A stretch of 64,000 nucleotides of DNA from an uncultured Flavobacteriales bacterium (GTDB lineage Bacteria > Bacteroidota > Bacteroidia > Flavobacteriales > BACL11), in assembly GCA_905478765.1 (NCBI GenBank), contig CAJQJY010000003.1, positions 10,488 through 74,487 of the forward strand, written 5' to 3'. Under the pieces are notes generated by a model, which was not told the origin of the DNA, did no database searches, and saw only the letters and a program-made list of their open reading frames with translations. A program made the translations under genes and the position numbers. Shown in pieces: positions 47,054 through 56,028 of the stretch (position 1 is the first letter of the stretch; each line of letters opens with the position of its first letter).

Positions 47054-47929
47054 ATGAAAAAATGCTTATTAATTCTATTCCTTTTTTCCTCCATTTTAGC
47101 GGTGGCTCAGAATAAAACAGAAGCTTATATAGAAAAATACCGTCAGATTGCTGTTAATGAGATGAATATGTATAATATTCCTGCTTCTATCACTTTGGCG
47201 CAGGGAATACTAGAGAGTGGAAATGGAGAAAGCCGTTTGGCAGTAGATGGTAAAAATCATTTTGGAATTAAATGCCATAACAATTGGAACGGTAAAACGA
47301 TTATTGAGGATGATGACGAAAAAGGAGAGTGTTTCAGAAAGTACAGTAAGGTATCAGAATCATACAGAGATCATTCTCTTTTTTTAACAGAAAGAGGTCG
47401 TTATTCTTTTTTGTTTGAATACAATAAAACAGACTACAAGAAATGGGCTAAAGGATTGAAGAAAGCTGGTTATGCTACTAATCCTAGATATCCAACTTTA
47501 CTTATTGATTTAATAGAAAAATATGATTTGAGTAGGTTTGATAAAGGAACAAAAAGCAAAAAGAATTTATACTTTGCTCATTCTTACGGCTTGCCTTATT
47601 TAACGGGTCTAGGGGCTTATTATTTTAATAAGAAATCATTGTACTTTACTGAGGTAAATACATCATTTTCTTTTAGTGAAGCTAGTATTGGTTATCATTA
47701 TAATTTGATAAACAAATTTTATGTAGGGGCAAAAGCAGGGTGTATATATATACCAACTGAGGAAGTTAGTATAAAACCTTATTTGTCTCCAGAATTTATG
47801 ATTAAAAGGGAAAAGAAAAAATCTGTTTTAATAAGGGGAGGAGTTCAGTTTCCATTAGTAGAAACACAGTGGTTCTCTAAGGAAGTAAAATTATTTCCTT
47901 ATCTAACTTTTACTTATTTGTTGGACTAG
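47054..47929 (+). CDS. Glucosaminidase (mannosyl-glycoprotein endo-beta-N-acetylglucosaminidase) domain protein
   Basis: Signal peptide. ITLAQGILESGNGESRLA...NHFGIKC catalytic region. Beta-rich C-terminal half. Confidence 0.8.
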   Translation: MKKCLLILFLFSSILAVAQNKTEAYIEKYRQIAVNEMNMYNIPASITLAQGILESGNGESRLAVDGKNHFGIKCHNNWNGKTIIEDDDEKGECFRKYSKVSESYRDHSLFLTERGRYSFLFEYNKTDYKKWAKGLKKAGYATNPRYPTLLIDLIEKYDLSRFDKGTKSKKNLYFAHSYGLPYLTGLGAYYFNKKSLYFTEVNTSFSFSEASIGYHYNLINKFYVGAKAGCIYIPTEEVSIKPYLSPEFMIKREKKKSVLIRGGVQFPLVETQWFSKEVKLFPYLTFTYLLD

Positions 47930-50519
47930 TTCCAAGCTCATAATTATAAAGCATCCCGTTTTTGATGTTTAAGATATTTCTCTTGCCATTATTATCAATG
48001 TCAGATATATTAAAGTAGCCATCAGTATCTATTGGAAAACCTTCAAGAATCAAATTAGCTTCCATTAAATACAAGCTATTTTCTGTACTAATAGTAAGTT
48101 TATCTCCAAATCCTTTTAAGAAGATTATCGCTCCATCAAGTGTAATGTTGTTTACTTGAGAATATCTCCCATCCAGAATTAAAAGTTTGTTGTTATTGGA
48201 AATATAAACATGGTTATTATGGAAAAGTATTTGGGAGTTAATATCTAGCTCAGAAATTTCAATAAGTTGAGAATTTCCATTTGTATTTCCTAGCCATAGC
48301 TTACCCTCAGTTGTAATCGCATAAAGCTCTCCTTTATCATTAATCTTAAGCTTATTAGCAAATTCATGAGCATCTTTAAAAGTTACTCTAGCTGATCCGT
48401 TTCTAGCTAATAATTGAGAAGTTGTATTCTTAGTTGCATTTAAAATAAAGTCTTTTCCGTTAACTGTAAAATGAATAGGGTTCTGAGTAATCCTATTTGT
48501 ATTTTTTGAGTATTTCCAGCCCTTTACTTTCTTTCCTTTTTTATCTAGGTTATAGATGATGTTGTCTTCTCCAACAATACAAATTCTGTAATTTCTGTTA
48601 TTGCTGTAATCAAATAATGAGTGGCCAAGCTTTGTAGTTGATGGTAATTCTTTAGGGAATCCTTCTACATTTTCGCCATTTCTATCAACTAAATATAAGT
48701 GTGTAGCCGTATTAAATAGCGCTTGGTATTTACTGTTCTTAAAAGCATCAATATAATTGATTTCTCCAAGTATTTTCCCATTAACTTGAATACTCCAAAG
48801 AGTTTCTCCGCTTGTGTTTAGTGCAAAAAGTTTATTGTTGTAATCTTGTGTTAAAACCATTTCTTCCTTTGTAAAATGATTTTTAACTACTTGAGGATTT
48901 AGCACTAAAATAGTATCAAGAACTACATACCATTCCTCTTTAATATCTTCTTTGTAATCCTCATCATAAAACAAACAAATATTGCATGTTAAAAGGTTTT
49001 TCTTTGCTGACATCTGCAAAGCAAATGCAGTGAATTTAAAAATAGAATCATTGTTAAATGCTAATTGTTTTGCATAACTATTTAAAAAACTATTCTGAAG
49101 AGTTTCAGCAGTTTTCCCAGGATTTATGTAATAATAGAAGTTTGCATCATTAGAAATGTAAGAGCTAAATTTATTGTAAGTTTTACTATTAGAAAGTGTG
49201 TTGTTAGAGCTGTAATTGTCAATAATATATTCTAGAGCAGAAGGGGAGTTCCCGAAAATGAAATAGTCGTTAATTACAGTAAAATATGGATTGTTTACTT
49301 TCAGTAAATCACCAAACAAATTTGCAGTTAAGTAATGGTCAAATAACTTATTAATTTGGTAATTATTGTACTTACTAGATTTTTGAATCATCCCTTGCAT
49401 TAAAGATGAAGTTCTGATAGATTCATTGGCTTTAAAGTAAGTAAAAGTATTTTCACTAATTAACTGTACTGATGTGTTGAATTTACCTGCTTCATCATCA
49501 ATCTCTCCAATAAGCTCATTGTAATTTACATTACAACTATCTTGTATCTTCTTGCGGTTTTTATCCCAACTCCAAAACCTATTTTGGTTTTGAAGAATCT
49601 TGTTCTTGCCATCAAATATATCTTTTGCATCAGAAAAACTTAAAGCTAAAAGCTCAGTTGTATTCTCAGGGATTATTTCAACAATATCAATATTACTGCT
49701 TTTTTGTCCGTTAAAAATATCAGAATAATTAGTAATATTACTATTTATTGAGCTGATACCATTTGCTAAGAGCACTTTGTCTTTTAGTTTAATATCAGTA
49801 GCAGTCCAGTTAGATAAATCGGTTGTAAGGTTTTTGTTTTTTGTAAAGGTATTTGTAAGCTCTATTAGATTGTTTCCATTAAAAATAAGGTTAATAGCAG
49901 CAGATGAACTTAAAGTGTTATATGCTTTAGAAAAACTATCATTAACATATAAATTGTCAGTATTTCTATTTGAAGTTCTTATGGCATCCGTAAGTAGCAT
50001 CTTAGTTGCAGAAAAAAATAAAATATCACCTAAAAATGAGTAATACATTCCAGTTTTATCTAAAAAGAAAATCTCTTGTTTGTCATATTCTGATGTGCTA
50101 TTTCCATTTCCAAATAACTGTATAATGGTCTCGTTATTTAGTGCAGTTACTCTGTTGAAAGTAGTACTGAACAGTGTTCCGCTATTATTTGCACCTACCT
50201 TATGGTAAGACACAAAAAGAGTGTTGCTTTTCAACACTTCCTGGTTTGAAGTAAAAAACTCGCTTATCTCTTTAATTTGAGTGTTGTTAAACTTGACGTG
50301 CTCAATGTAACCTAATTGCTCCCAAAGAGTTGTGAGCTCTAAGGTTCTGCTTAAATTCCTTACATCATTAATTTTTATAATTACTGAAGCATTAGTTGGA
50401 ATCACTGTAATAGGATCTTCAGAAGAATTTAGTGTTTTTTGGTAAGTATTGTACCCAATAAAAAGTATGATTCCAATCAATAAAATTGGAATAGAAATTT
50501 TCAATATTGTTTTGAACAT
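47910..50519 (-). CDS. Large membrane-anchored protein of unknown function (C-terminal beta-propeller-like region)
   Basis: 869 aa with one N-terminal TM helix. Asn/Ser-rich, with a C-terminal half of repeated ~45-aa beta-strand blocks. No catalytic motif recognised. Confidence 0.7.
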   Translation of the reverse strand: MFKTILKISIPILLIGIILFIGYNTYQKTLNSSEDPITVIPTNASVIIKINDVRNLSRTLELTTLWEQLGYIEHVKFNNTQIKEISEFFTSNQEVLKSNTLFVSYHKVGANNSGTLFSTTFNRVTALNNETIIQLFGNGNSTSEYDKQEIFFLDKTGMYYSFLGDILFFSATKMLLTDAIRTSNRNTDNLYVNDSFSKAYNTLSSSAAINLIFNGNNLIELTNTFTKNKNLTTDLSNWTATDIKLKDKVLLANGISSINSNITNYSDIFNGQKSSNIDIVEIIPENTTELLALSFSDAKDIFDGKNKILQNQNRFWSWDKNRKKIQDSCNVNYNELIGEIDDEAGKFNTSVQLISENTFTYFKANESIRTSSLMQGMIQKSSKYNNYQINKLFDHYLTANLFGDLLKVNNPYFTVINDYFIFGNSPSALEYIIDNYSSNNTLSNSKTYNKFSSYISNDANFYYYINPGKTAETLQNSFLNSYAKQLAFNNDSIFKFTAFALQMSAKKNLLTCNICLFYDEDYKEDIKEEWYVVLDTILVLNPQVVKNHFTKEEMVLTQDYNNKLFALNTSGETLWSIQVNGKILGEINYIDAFKNSKYQALFNTATHLYLVDRNGENVEGFPKELPSTTKLGHSLFDYSNNRNYRICIVGEDNIIYNLDKKGKKVKGWKYSKNTNRITQNPIHFTVNGKDFILNATKNTTSQLLARNGSARVTFKDAHEFANKLKINDKGELYAITTEGKLWLGNTNGNSQLIEISELDINSQILFHNNHVYISNNNKLLILDGRYSQVNNITLDGAIIFLKGFGDKLTISTENSLYLMEANLILEGFPIDTDGYFNISDIDNNGKRNILNIKNGMLYNYELGTSPTNK

Positions 50520-50552
50520 ATGACTTAAATGCTAAATAGCAAAATTAGTAAT

Positions 50553-51149
50553 TTATAGAGACAAACTCAGCTGATTAGGAATTAGTTGAAAACTTTTTCT
50601 GTGATGCTTAGTGCTTCCAAATTCTGCTATTGCTTTTCTGTGTTGATTTGTAGGATATCCTTTGTTGTTTTTCCAGAAGTAATTAGGGTGTTTTTTATCT
50701 AGCTCTTTCATAATATCATCACGATAGGTTTTTGCCAAAACTGATGCAGCAGCAATAGATAAATACTTCCCATCACCTTTAATGATACATTCATGATGAG
50801 TATTAGGATAAGGATTAAAACGATTTCCATCAATAATTAAAAGTTCTGGTTTTGTATTTAATTTTTCAATTGCCCTATGCATTGCTAAAAAGGAGGCATT
50901 TAATATATTTATTTTATCAATTTCCTTTGGACTTACAATTCCTACAGTGCATGAAATAGCTTCTTTTTCTATTATTGGCCTGAGTAACTCTCTTTTCTTT
51001 TCTGAAAGGACTTTACTATCGTTAAGTATATTGTTATTAAACTGCTTTGGGAGTATAACAGCAGCTGCAACTACTGGACCAGCTAAACAACCTCTACCTG
51101 CCTCATCACATCCTGCTATAACTAGCTTTGATTGATAGTGTTTTATCAT
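50553..51149 (-). CDS. rnhB: Ribonuclease HII
   Basis: 198 aa. [19 protein letters not shown] and [10 protein letters not shown] motifs. Confidence 0.95.
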   Translation of the reverse strand: MIKHYQSKLVIAGCDEAGRGCLAGPVVAAAVILPKQFNNNILNDSKVLSEKKRELLRPIIEKEAISCTVGIVSPKEIDKINILNASFLAMHRAIEKLNTKPELLIIDGNRFNPYPNTHHECIIKGDGKYLSIAAASVLAKTYRDDIMKELDKKHPNYFWKNNKGYPTNQHRKAIAEFGSTKHHRKSFQLIPNQLSLSL

Positions 51150-51153
51150 AAAT

Positions 51154-51188
51154 TAGATGTGAGTATTAAGTATTTATTAGTTAGGTTT
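51154..51188. repeat. Degenerate heptamer array (- strand: AAACCTA ACTAATA AATACTT AATACTC ACATCTA)
   Basis: Read directly from the sequence. It ends 4 nt upstream of the rnhB ATG and shares ACATCTA and AATACTn units with the array upstream of smpB. Confidence 0.55.
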
Positions 51189-51228
51189 TGTCTATTTTCT
51201 ATTGTCAGTAAAAGGAGTGGTCTATTAT

Positions 51229-52113
51229 CTAATTTGGTGTTAGCCCTCTTTTGGGTTTTTTGTATTTTTTTACTTTTGTTTGATTTCTTATATCAACATC
51301 TTGCTCCAACCACCATTTCCCTTTTTTGTAGTTGTAGGAATTAAATGTTCCTTCAGGGATGTAGTATTCATAAAGTCCAGTTAAATCTTTACGGCTAGGC
51401 ACTAAATTGTCAAAAACTATACGTTCTTCTTTCTCATCATAATTAACACTGATTACTGTTTTGGAATCATATTGTAGTACTACTCTTTTCTGACTTTCTT
51501 TTTTTGATTTTTTAAAGATTGGAAGTCCGAATTTAATTTTGTTTTTACCAGAGAAATACATTACATCAATTATCTTTTTCGTACTGTATCCATCATGACC
51601 ATCCCATGATAGTATGGTGTAGTATTTTCTACCGCTTTTTTTGATGTAAATAATATTATAGACTAGACCTCCAAACCAAGTTTTAGCATCTAAATCTTCT
51701 TGTTCTGGGTTTCTAATATTTGCAGAATTATCTATTAAAGGAATTACTTCAAATCGTTTTCTTCTTTTGTTTTGATAATGCACTACACCATAATATTCAT
51801 AAGTACCATTGTCTTTTTTAAGGAGCCAACTAAAGATCCTAAAAGTATTATCTGAGGAGTAAACTCTACCTGTAGTTACTAAAGAGTCGAAAGGGAATTT
51901 AAAAGAATTTTCATATTGCAGTACTTCAGTTAAATTTTCAATAAATGCTGTATTTGCTGTTCTTTTTGCTTCTTCAGTATCAGCATTCATTATGGTGTGA
52001 GCCATCACTTTTAAAGTATCTTCATACTCAGCAAATAGGGTAGCATTTCCTTTTTGGGCGGATGCTGAATAGCATAAAAATACAAGAATGTTAATTAATA
52101 TTAGTTTTTTCAT
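51229..52113 (-). CDS. Secreted protein of unknown function
   Basis: 294 aa, signal peptide (CYSASAQ), Lys/Tyr rich. No motif recognised. Confidence 0.7.
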   Translation of the reverse strand: MKKLILINILVFLCYSASAQKGNATLFAEYEDTLKVMAHTIMNADTEEAKRTANTAFIENLTEVLQYENSFKFPFDSLVTTGRVYSSDNTFRIFSWLLKKDNGTYEYYGVVHYQNKRRKRFEVIPLIDNSANIRNPEQEDLDAKTWFGGLVYNIIYIKKSGRKYYTILSWDGHDGYSTKKIIDVMYFSGKNKIKFGLPIFKKSKKESQKRVVLQYDSKTVISVNYDEKEERIVFDNLVPSRKDLTGLYEYYIPEGTFNSYNYKKGKWWLEQDVDIRNQTKVKKYKKPKRGLTPN

Positions 52114-52161
52114 TTAGTGGATGGTAACAAAAAATTACTTTTGCACAAAGATAATTATTTG

Positions 52162-53166
52162 ATGAATTTACAAGCAAGAATACAGGCATTTACTCATTTA
52201 GGGGAATATTTAAAAACGGAGATACAGCAATATTCAGCAGAGAAATTGTACTCTGCAGAGGTGCTCAACCCTTGGTTTACCAAGGAAAATATTGATAAAG
52301 CCCTAAACGCTTGGCACGAGCAGTTAAAATTAGATATGTTTACGACTTGGCTGAGTCCTTATAAACTAAAGGAGGTAGCGTTCCCAAAAAAGGTACTTAT
52401 TATCATGGCAGGGAATATTCCTTTGGTTGGTTTTCATGATTTTCTTACTGTGCTTATTTCAGGACATAAAGTAGTGATTAAAATGTCAAGTACCGATAAT
52501 GTGCTTTTGAGGTTACTCATTGATAAGCTAATCAGTATTGCCCCTGAATTTAAGGAGCGTATTTCCTTTATTGATGAAGTAAAAAACAGAAAGTTTGATG
52601 CCGTAATTGCTACAGGAAGTGATAATTCTGCTAAGTATTTTGAGTATTATTTTAAAGGGGCTAAAAAGATAATCCGTAAAAACAGAAGGTCAGTTGCTGT
52701 ATTGGACGGTAGTGAATCGGATATGGAATTGCAAGGATTGGCTAATGATGTATTTGCTTATTTTGGATTAGGTTGTCGTAATGTTTCCAAGTTATTTTTA
52801 CCAAAAGGGTTTGACTTGGATAGACTGTTTAAAGCATTTTACAGCTATTCTTATATGGCAAAGCATAAAAAATATGGTAATAATTACGATTATAATAAAG
52901 CCATCTTCCTAATGGGAAATAATAATTTGATTGAAAACGGTTTTCTACTTATGAAAGAGGATAAATCCTTACTTTCACCAGTGGCTATGTTATATTATGA
53001 ATTCTATAAAGATATACATTCTTTAGAGCGGTTTTTAGAAGAAAATGCTGAACAACTTCAATGTGTTGTTTCAAAAAAGGATATTCCATTTGGAAACACT
53101 CAAAAACCTAACCTTTGGGATTATGCTGATGGGGTGGATACTGTAGAATTTTTAAGGGATATATAG
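52162..53166 (+). CDS. LuxC-family acyl-CoA reductase-like protein
   Basis: MAGNIPLVGFHDFLTVLISGHKVVIKMSS block and overall length as in flavobacterial acyl-CoA reductases. I prefer the ATG at 52162 over the GTG at 52117. Confidence 0.65.
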   Translation: MNLQARIQAFTHLGEYLKTEIQQYSAEKLYSAEVLNPWFTKENIDKALNAWHEQLKLDMFTTWLSPYKLKEVAFPKKVLIIMAGNIPLVGFHDFLTVLISGHKVVIKMSSTDNVLLRLLIDKLISIAPEFKERISFIDEVKNRKFDAVIATGSDNSAKYFEYYFKGAKKIIRKNRRSVAVLDGSESDMELQGLANDVFAYFGLGCRNVSKLFLPKGFDLDRLFKAFYSYSYMAKHKKYGNNYDYNKAIFLMGNNNLIENGFLLMKEDKSLLSPVAMLYYEFYKDIHSLERFLEENAEQLQCVVSKKDIPFGNTQKPNLWDYADGVDTVEFLRDI

Positions 53167-54627
53167 TTAATTATATTCATAAGCTCCTATGTCAGGGTTG
53201 CTTCTAGGATTTCCTTGAATGTCAGAACTAAATTCAGTTGAATTGTTGCCAGTATTAATAGCAGGAGAGTTGTCGTTTAAATGAAAGTTATTTTCGTTAG
53301 CATCAATAAATTTTGGCGATTGGTTAATTATTGAATTGATGTAATTTTCATTATCCGTATCAATTGTTGGGTCAAGCTTGATGAGACAATGGTCAAAAGT
53401 ATAATTGAATTCGCCTAGTTCCTGTTCCTGAAAACTCACTTCAGTAGACAGTGAGCCATAAATAATGCAATTAGTAAAATTGACTGCATCCAAATCCCTA
53501 ATATAAATATTTCCATCTGTACCTTCATAAAAGTTATTTAGCTGTATAGATGGCGTGTTTCTGTTGTTATAATCCCAGTAGTTAGCAAAAGTACAATGTG
53601 TAAAGTTATATGTGCCTCCAATATTGCAGGCTACCGTGTACTGTCCGCATTTGCTTACAATTGTATTAGAAGCTGCTATTTTAGCTCCCTGTCCTAAAAT
53701 GCCAATAGATGACATATTTTCTATAATAGTATTATTGATTGTTACGGTTGGGTTGCTGTTGGCTACTGAGTCGGCACGAATAGCAGTTGTTCCATTACTG
53801 ATTATTGCATAGTCAATTGTGTTATTAATGCTTCCTTGTACAAAATGTATTCCATTCCACTGTCCTGGGATATTTTCGTACCAAGAGTCTAATCGGTCAC
53901 CTCTTATAATTACCTCATTTCCTAAACTCCCATTAATTATTAGGGTTCCGTTATTTGTTGGTGTCTCTCCATTCTCACCTATTAAAAGAGGATTTCCAAC
54001 AAACATTCCAGAATTATTATGAAAATAGATTTTAGTTCCTTCTTCAATAGTTAGGGTAGCATTGGGTTCAATTACTACATATCCGTAAATAACATGGGGA
54101 AGGTCATTTGTCCAAGTAGTGTTTTCTGATATGGAGAAATACTTATAATTGATACTATCAGTTCCATCAGTAAAAATGTTGTCATAAGGTAAGTGAAAGT
54201 TCGCATTTCTTGCAGGGGATACTAGCTTAACATCTTGTTTTTTATTTCCTGTAGTAAACTCAATATTACTTGTAAGTAAAAAATCATTACTACTATTTTG
54301 GTTAGGCGTAACTTCTAAGAAAATGAAAATACTATCCTTAGCAGGAATTTCAATTGCGTTATGGTAGTTTCCTGCAACACCATCAACATTCATTCTGAAG
54401 CTACCACCACTTATTAGGTTTAAGGCTATATCAGTAAGAACAGTGAAGTTATTGCGATTATATATAGTAAGTGTTTGAGTAGGAGTTCCTATTGAATGAA
54501 AAGCAGTATCAAAAATGATGGTGTCATTTGAAAAATGCAAAGTAGCACTTTGGTTGCTTTCTAAAACATCTTTTTTACAAGCAAAAAGAATTGTTATAAC
54601 TAGTAAAAGAAGGAATAGTTTTTTCAT
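53167..54627 (-). CDS. Right-handed parallel beta-helix repeat lipoprotein
   Basis: Lipobox ILFAC. Repeated N.I....G-type PbH1 turns (NNTIIENMSSIGILGQGAKIAASNTIV...). Its start overlaps the smpB stop (TAATG). Confidence 0.7.
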   Translation of the reverse strand: MKKLFLLLLVITILFACKKDVLESNQSATLHFSNDTIIFDTAFHSIGTPTQTLTIYNRNNFTVLTDIALNLISGGSFRMNVDGVAGNYHNAIEIPAKDSIFIFLEVTPNQNSSNDFLLTSNIEFTTGNKKQDVKLVSPARNANFHLPYDNIFTDGTDSINYKYFSISENTTWTNDLPHVIYGYVVIEPNATLTIEEGTKIYFHNNSGMFVGNPLLIGENGETPTNNGTLIINGSLGNEVIIRGDRLDSWYENIPGQWNGIHFVQGSINNTIDYAIISNGTTAIRADSVANSNPTVTINNTIIENMSSIGILGQGAKIAASNTIVSKCGQYTVACNIGGTYNFTHCTFANYWDYNNRNTPSIQLNNFYEGTDGNIYIRDLDAVNFTNCIIYGSLSTEVSFQEQELGEFNYTFDHCLIKLDPTIDTDNENYINSIINQSPKFIDANENNFHLNDNSPAINTGNNSTEFSSDIQGNPRSNPDIGAYEYN

Positions 54628-55079
54628 TATCTCATATTTCTTATTCTATCCATATCTCGTTTTTGGTCTTTTTCTTTTATACTTTCTCTTTTATCGTACA
54701 CCTTTTTTCCTTTGGATAAAGCTATTTCTAGTTTTACTCTTCCTTTTTCGTTAATAAAGAGACGAATAGGAATAATAGAATTTCCTTTTTCAGTTACTTT
54801 CCCTAACATTTTGTTTAGTTCTTGTCTGTTAAGTAATAGTTTTCTTTCCCTTTTAGGCTCGTGATTAATGTAGCCACCATTAGGATATTCAGAGATATGC
54901 AAGTTTTTCACAAATAATTCATCACCATTGAAAACGCAATGTGCATCAGAAATATTGGCTTTATTGTTGCGAATAGACTTTATTTCTGTTCCTACTAGAG
55001 ATATTCCTGCAACAAATTTAGCAATAAACTCATATTCAAAGCTTGCTTTACGGTTTTTAATGTTGATTTTAACTGACAT
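54627..55079 (-). CDS. smpB: SsrA-binding protein
   Basis: 150 aa. NRKASFEYEF...GTEIKS...KLLLNRQE signature and a basic C-terminal tail. Confidence 0.95.
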   Translation of the reverse strand: MSVKINIKNRKASFEYEFIAKFVAGISLVGTEIKSIRNNKANISDAHCVFNGDELFVKNLHISEYPNGGYINHEPKRERKLLLNRQELNKMLGKVTEKGNSIIPIRLFINEKGRVKLEIALSKGKKVYDKRESIKEKDQKRDMDRIRNMR

Positions 55080-55084
55080 ATTTG

Positions 55085-55092
55085 CAAAGATA
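55085..55092 (-). promoter_or_regulatory. Putative -7 promoter box for smpB
   Basis: TATCTTTG on the - strand, 5 nt (caaat) before the ATG. Confidence 0.4.
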
Positions 55093-55125
55093 GTATTTAG
55101 ATGTTAGATATTAGAAGTTAGACAA
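55091..55125. repeat. Five TAG-phased heptamers TAGTATT TAGATGT TAGATAT TAGAAGT TAGACAA
   Basis: Read directly from the sequence with exact 7-bp phase. It overlaps the smpB -7 box at one end and the TTAGACA half-site at the other. Confidence 0.9.
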
Positions 55126-55143
55126 AAATGTCTCATGTCTAAA
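55118..55143. promoter_or_regulatory. Split copy of the TTAGACA / CATGTCTAAA metalloregulator-type site
   Basis: TTAGACA-aaaatgtct-CATGTCTAAA. The 10-mer CATGTCTAAA and the 7-mer TTAGACA are identical to the halves of the perfect palindrome at 56723-56738. Confidence 0.4.
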
Positions 55144-55159
55144 TAGTTAATGCTAAAAT

Positions 55160-56026
55160 CTATCCTAATGCTACATCAAGAACCATCATTACAATAAATC
55201 CTGCAATTAGTCCCATTGTAGCTAAATCCGTATTTCCTCCCCTTTGGCTTTCAGGGATTACTTCTTCAACTACAATAAAAATCATTGCTCCTGCTGCAAA
55301 AGACAGAGCATAAGGTAAAATAGGAAGAACTGTCATTACAATAGCAGCTCCAATTACTGCAAAAATTGGCTCAACTATTGCAGATAATTGTCCCCATTTC
55401 CATGATTTCCATCTGCTAACACCTTGTCTTCTAAGTGGCATTGAAACTGCAAATCCTTCAGGGAAATTTTGTATACCTATACCAATTGCTAGTGCAATTG
55501 CTGATCCTATTGTAAATACTGAATGTCCTTCCATTCCTAATATTTCAGGATTAGCCAATGCTCCAAATGCAACTCCAACTGCTAATCCTTCAGGAATATT
55601 ATGTAAAGCAATTGCTAGTACTAAAAGAATAGTTTTACGCCAGTTTGTTTCAACTCCCTCTGCTTCTTCTCTTTTTGCAAATATGTGTAAGTGAGGTATA
55701 ATTTTATCTAACCCAAACAAGAAAGCAGCTCCTAAAAAGAAGCCAATAGCAGGAGCAAGCCATACGGGTGAATCTGACATTCCCATTTCATTTTGCATTT
55801 CAACATAAGCAATTGATGGTGCTAAAAGCGACCAAAAACTAGCAGCAATCATAACTCCTCCAGTAAATCCTAATGAAATATCCAATGCTTTACGGTTACT
55901 TGTTTTGAAAAAGAAAACCAATGCAGCACCAAGAGCAGTTAGTCCCCAAGTAAAAAGTCCTGCATAAAGGGCTTGCAATACAGGTCCTTGTTGAACAAAC
56001 CATTTGTATAATTCGTAATTTTCCAT
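55160..56026 (-). CDS. ZIP family divalent metal transporter
   Basis: 288 aa, about 8 TM helices, HNIPEGLAVG and QNFPEGFAV signature helices. Confidence 0.85.
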   Translation of the reverse strand: MENYELYKWFVQQGPVLQALYAGLFTWGLTALGAALVFFFKTSNRKALDISLGFTGGVMIAASFWSLLAPSIAYVEMQNEMGMSDSPVWLAPAIGFFLGAAFLFGLDKIIPHLHIFAKREEAEGVETNWRKTILLVLAIALHNIPEGLAVGVAFGALANPEILGMEGHSVFTIGSAIALAIGIGIQNFPEGFAVSMPLRRQGVSRWKSWKWGQLSAIVEPIFAVIGAAIVMTVLPILPYALSFAAGAMIFIVVEEVIPESQRGGNTDLATMGLIAGFIVMMVLDVALG

Positions 56027-56028
56027 GT

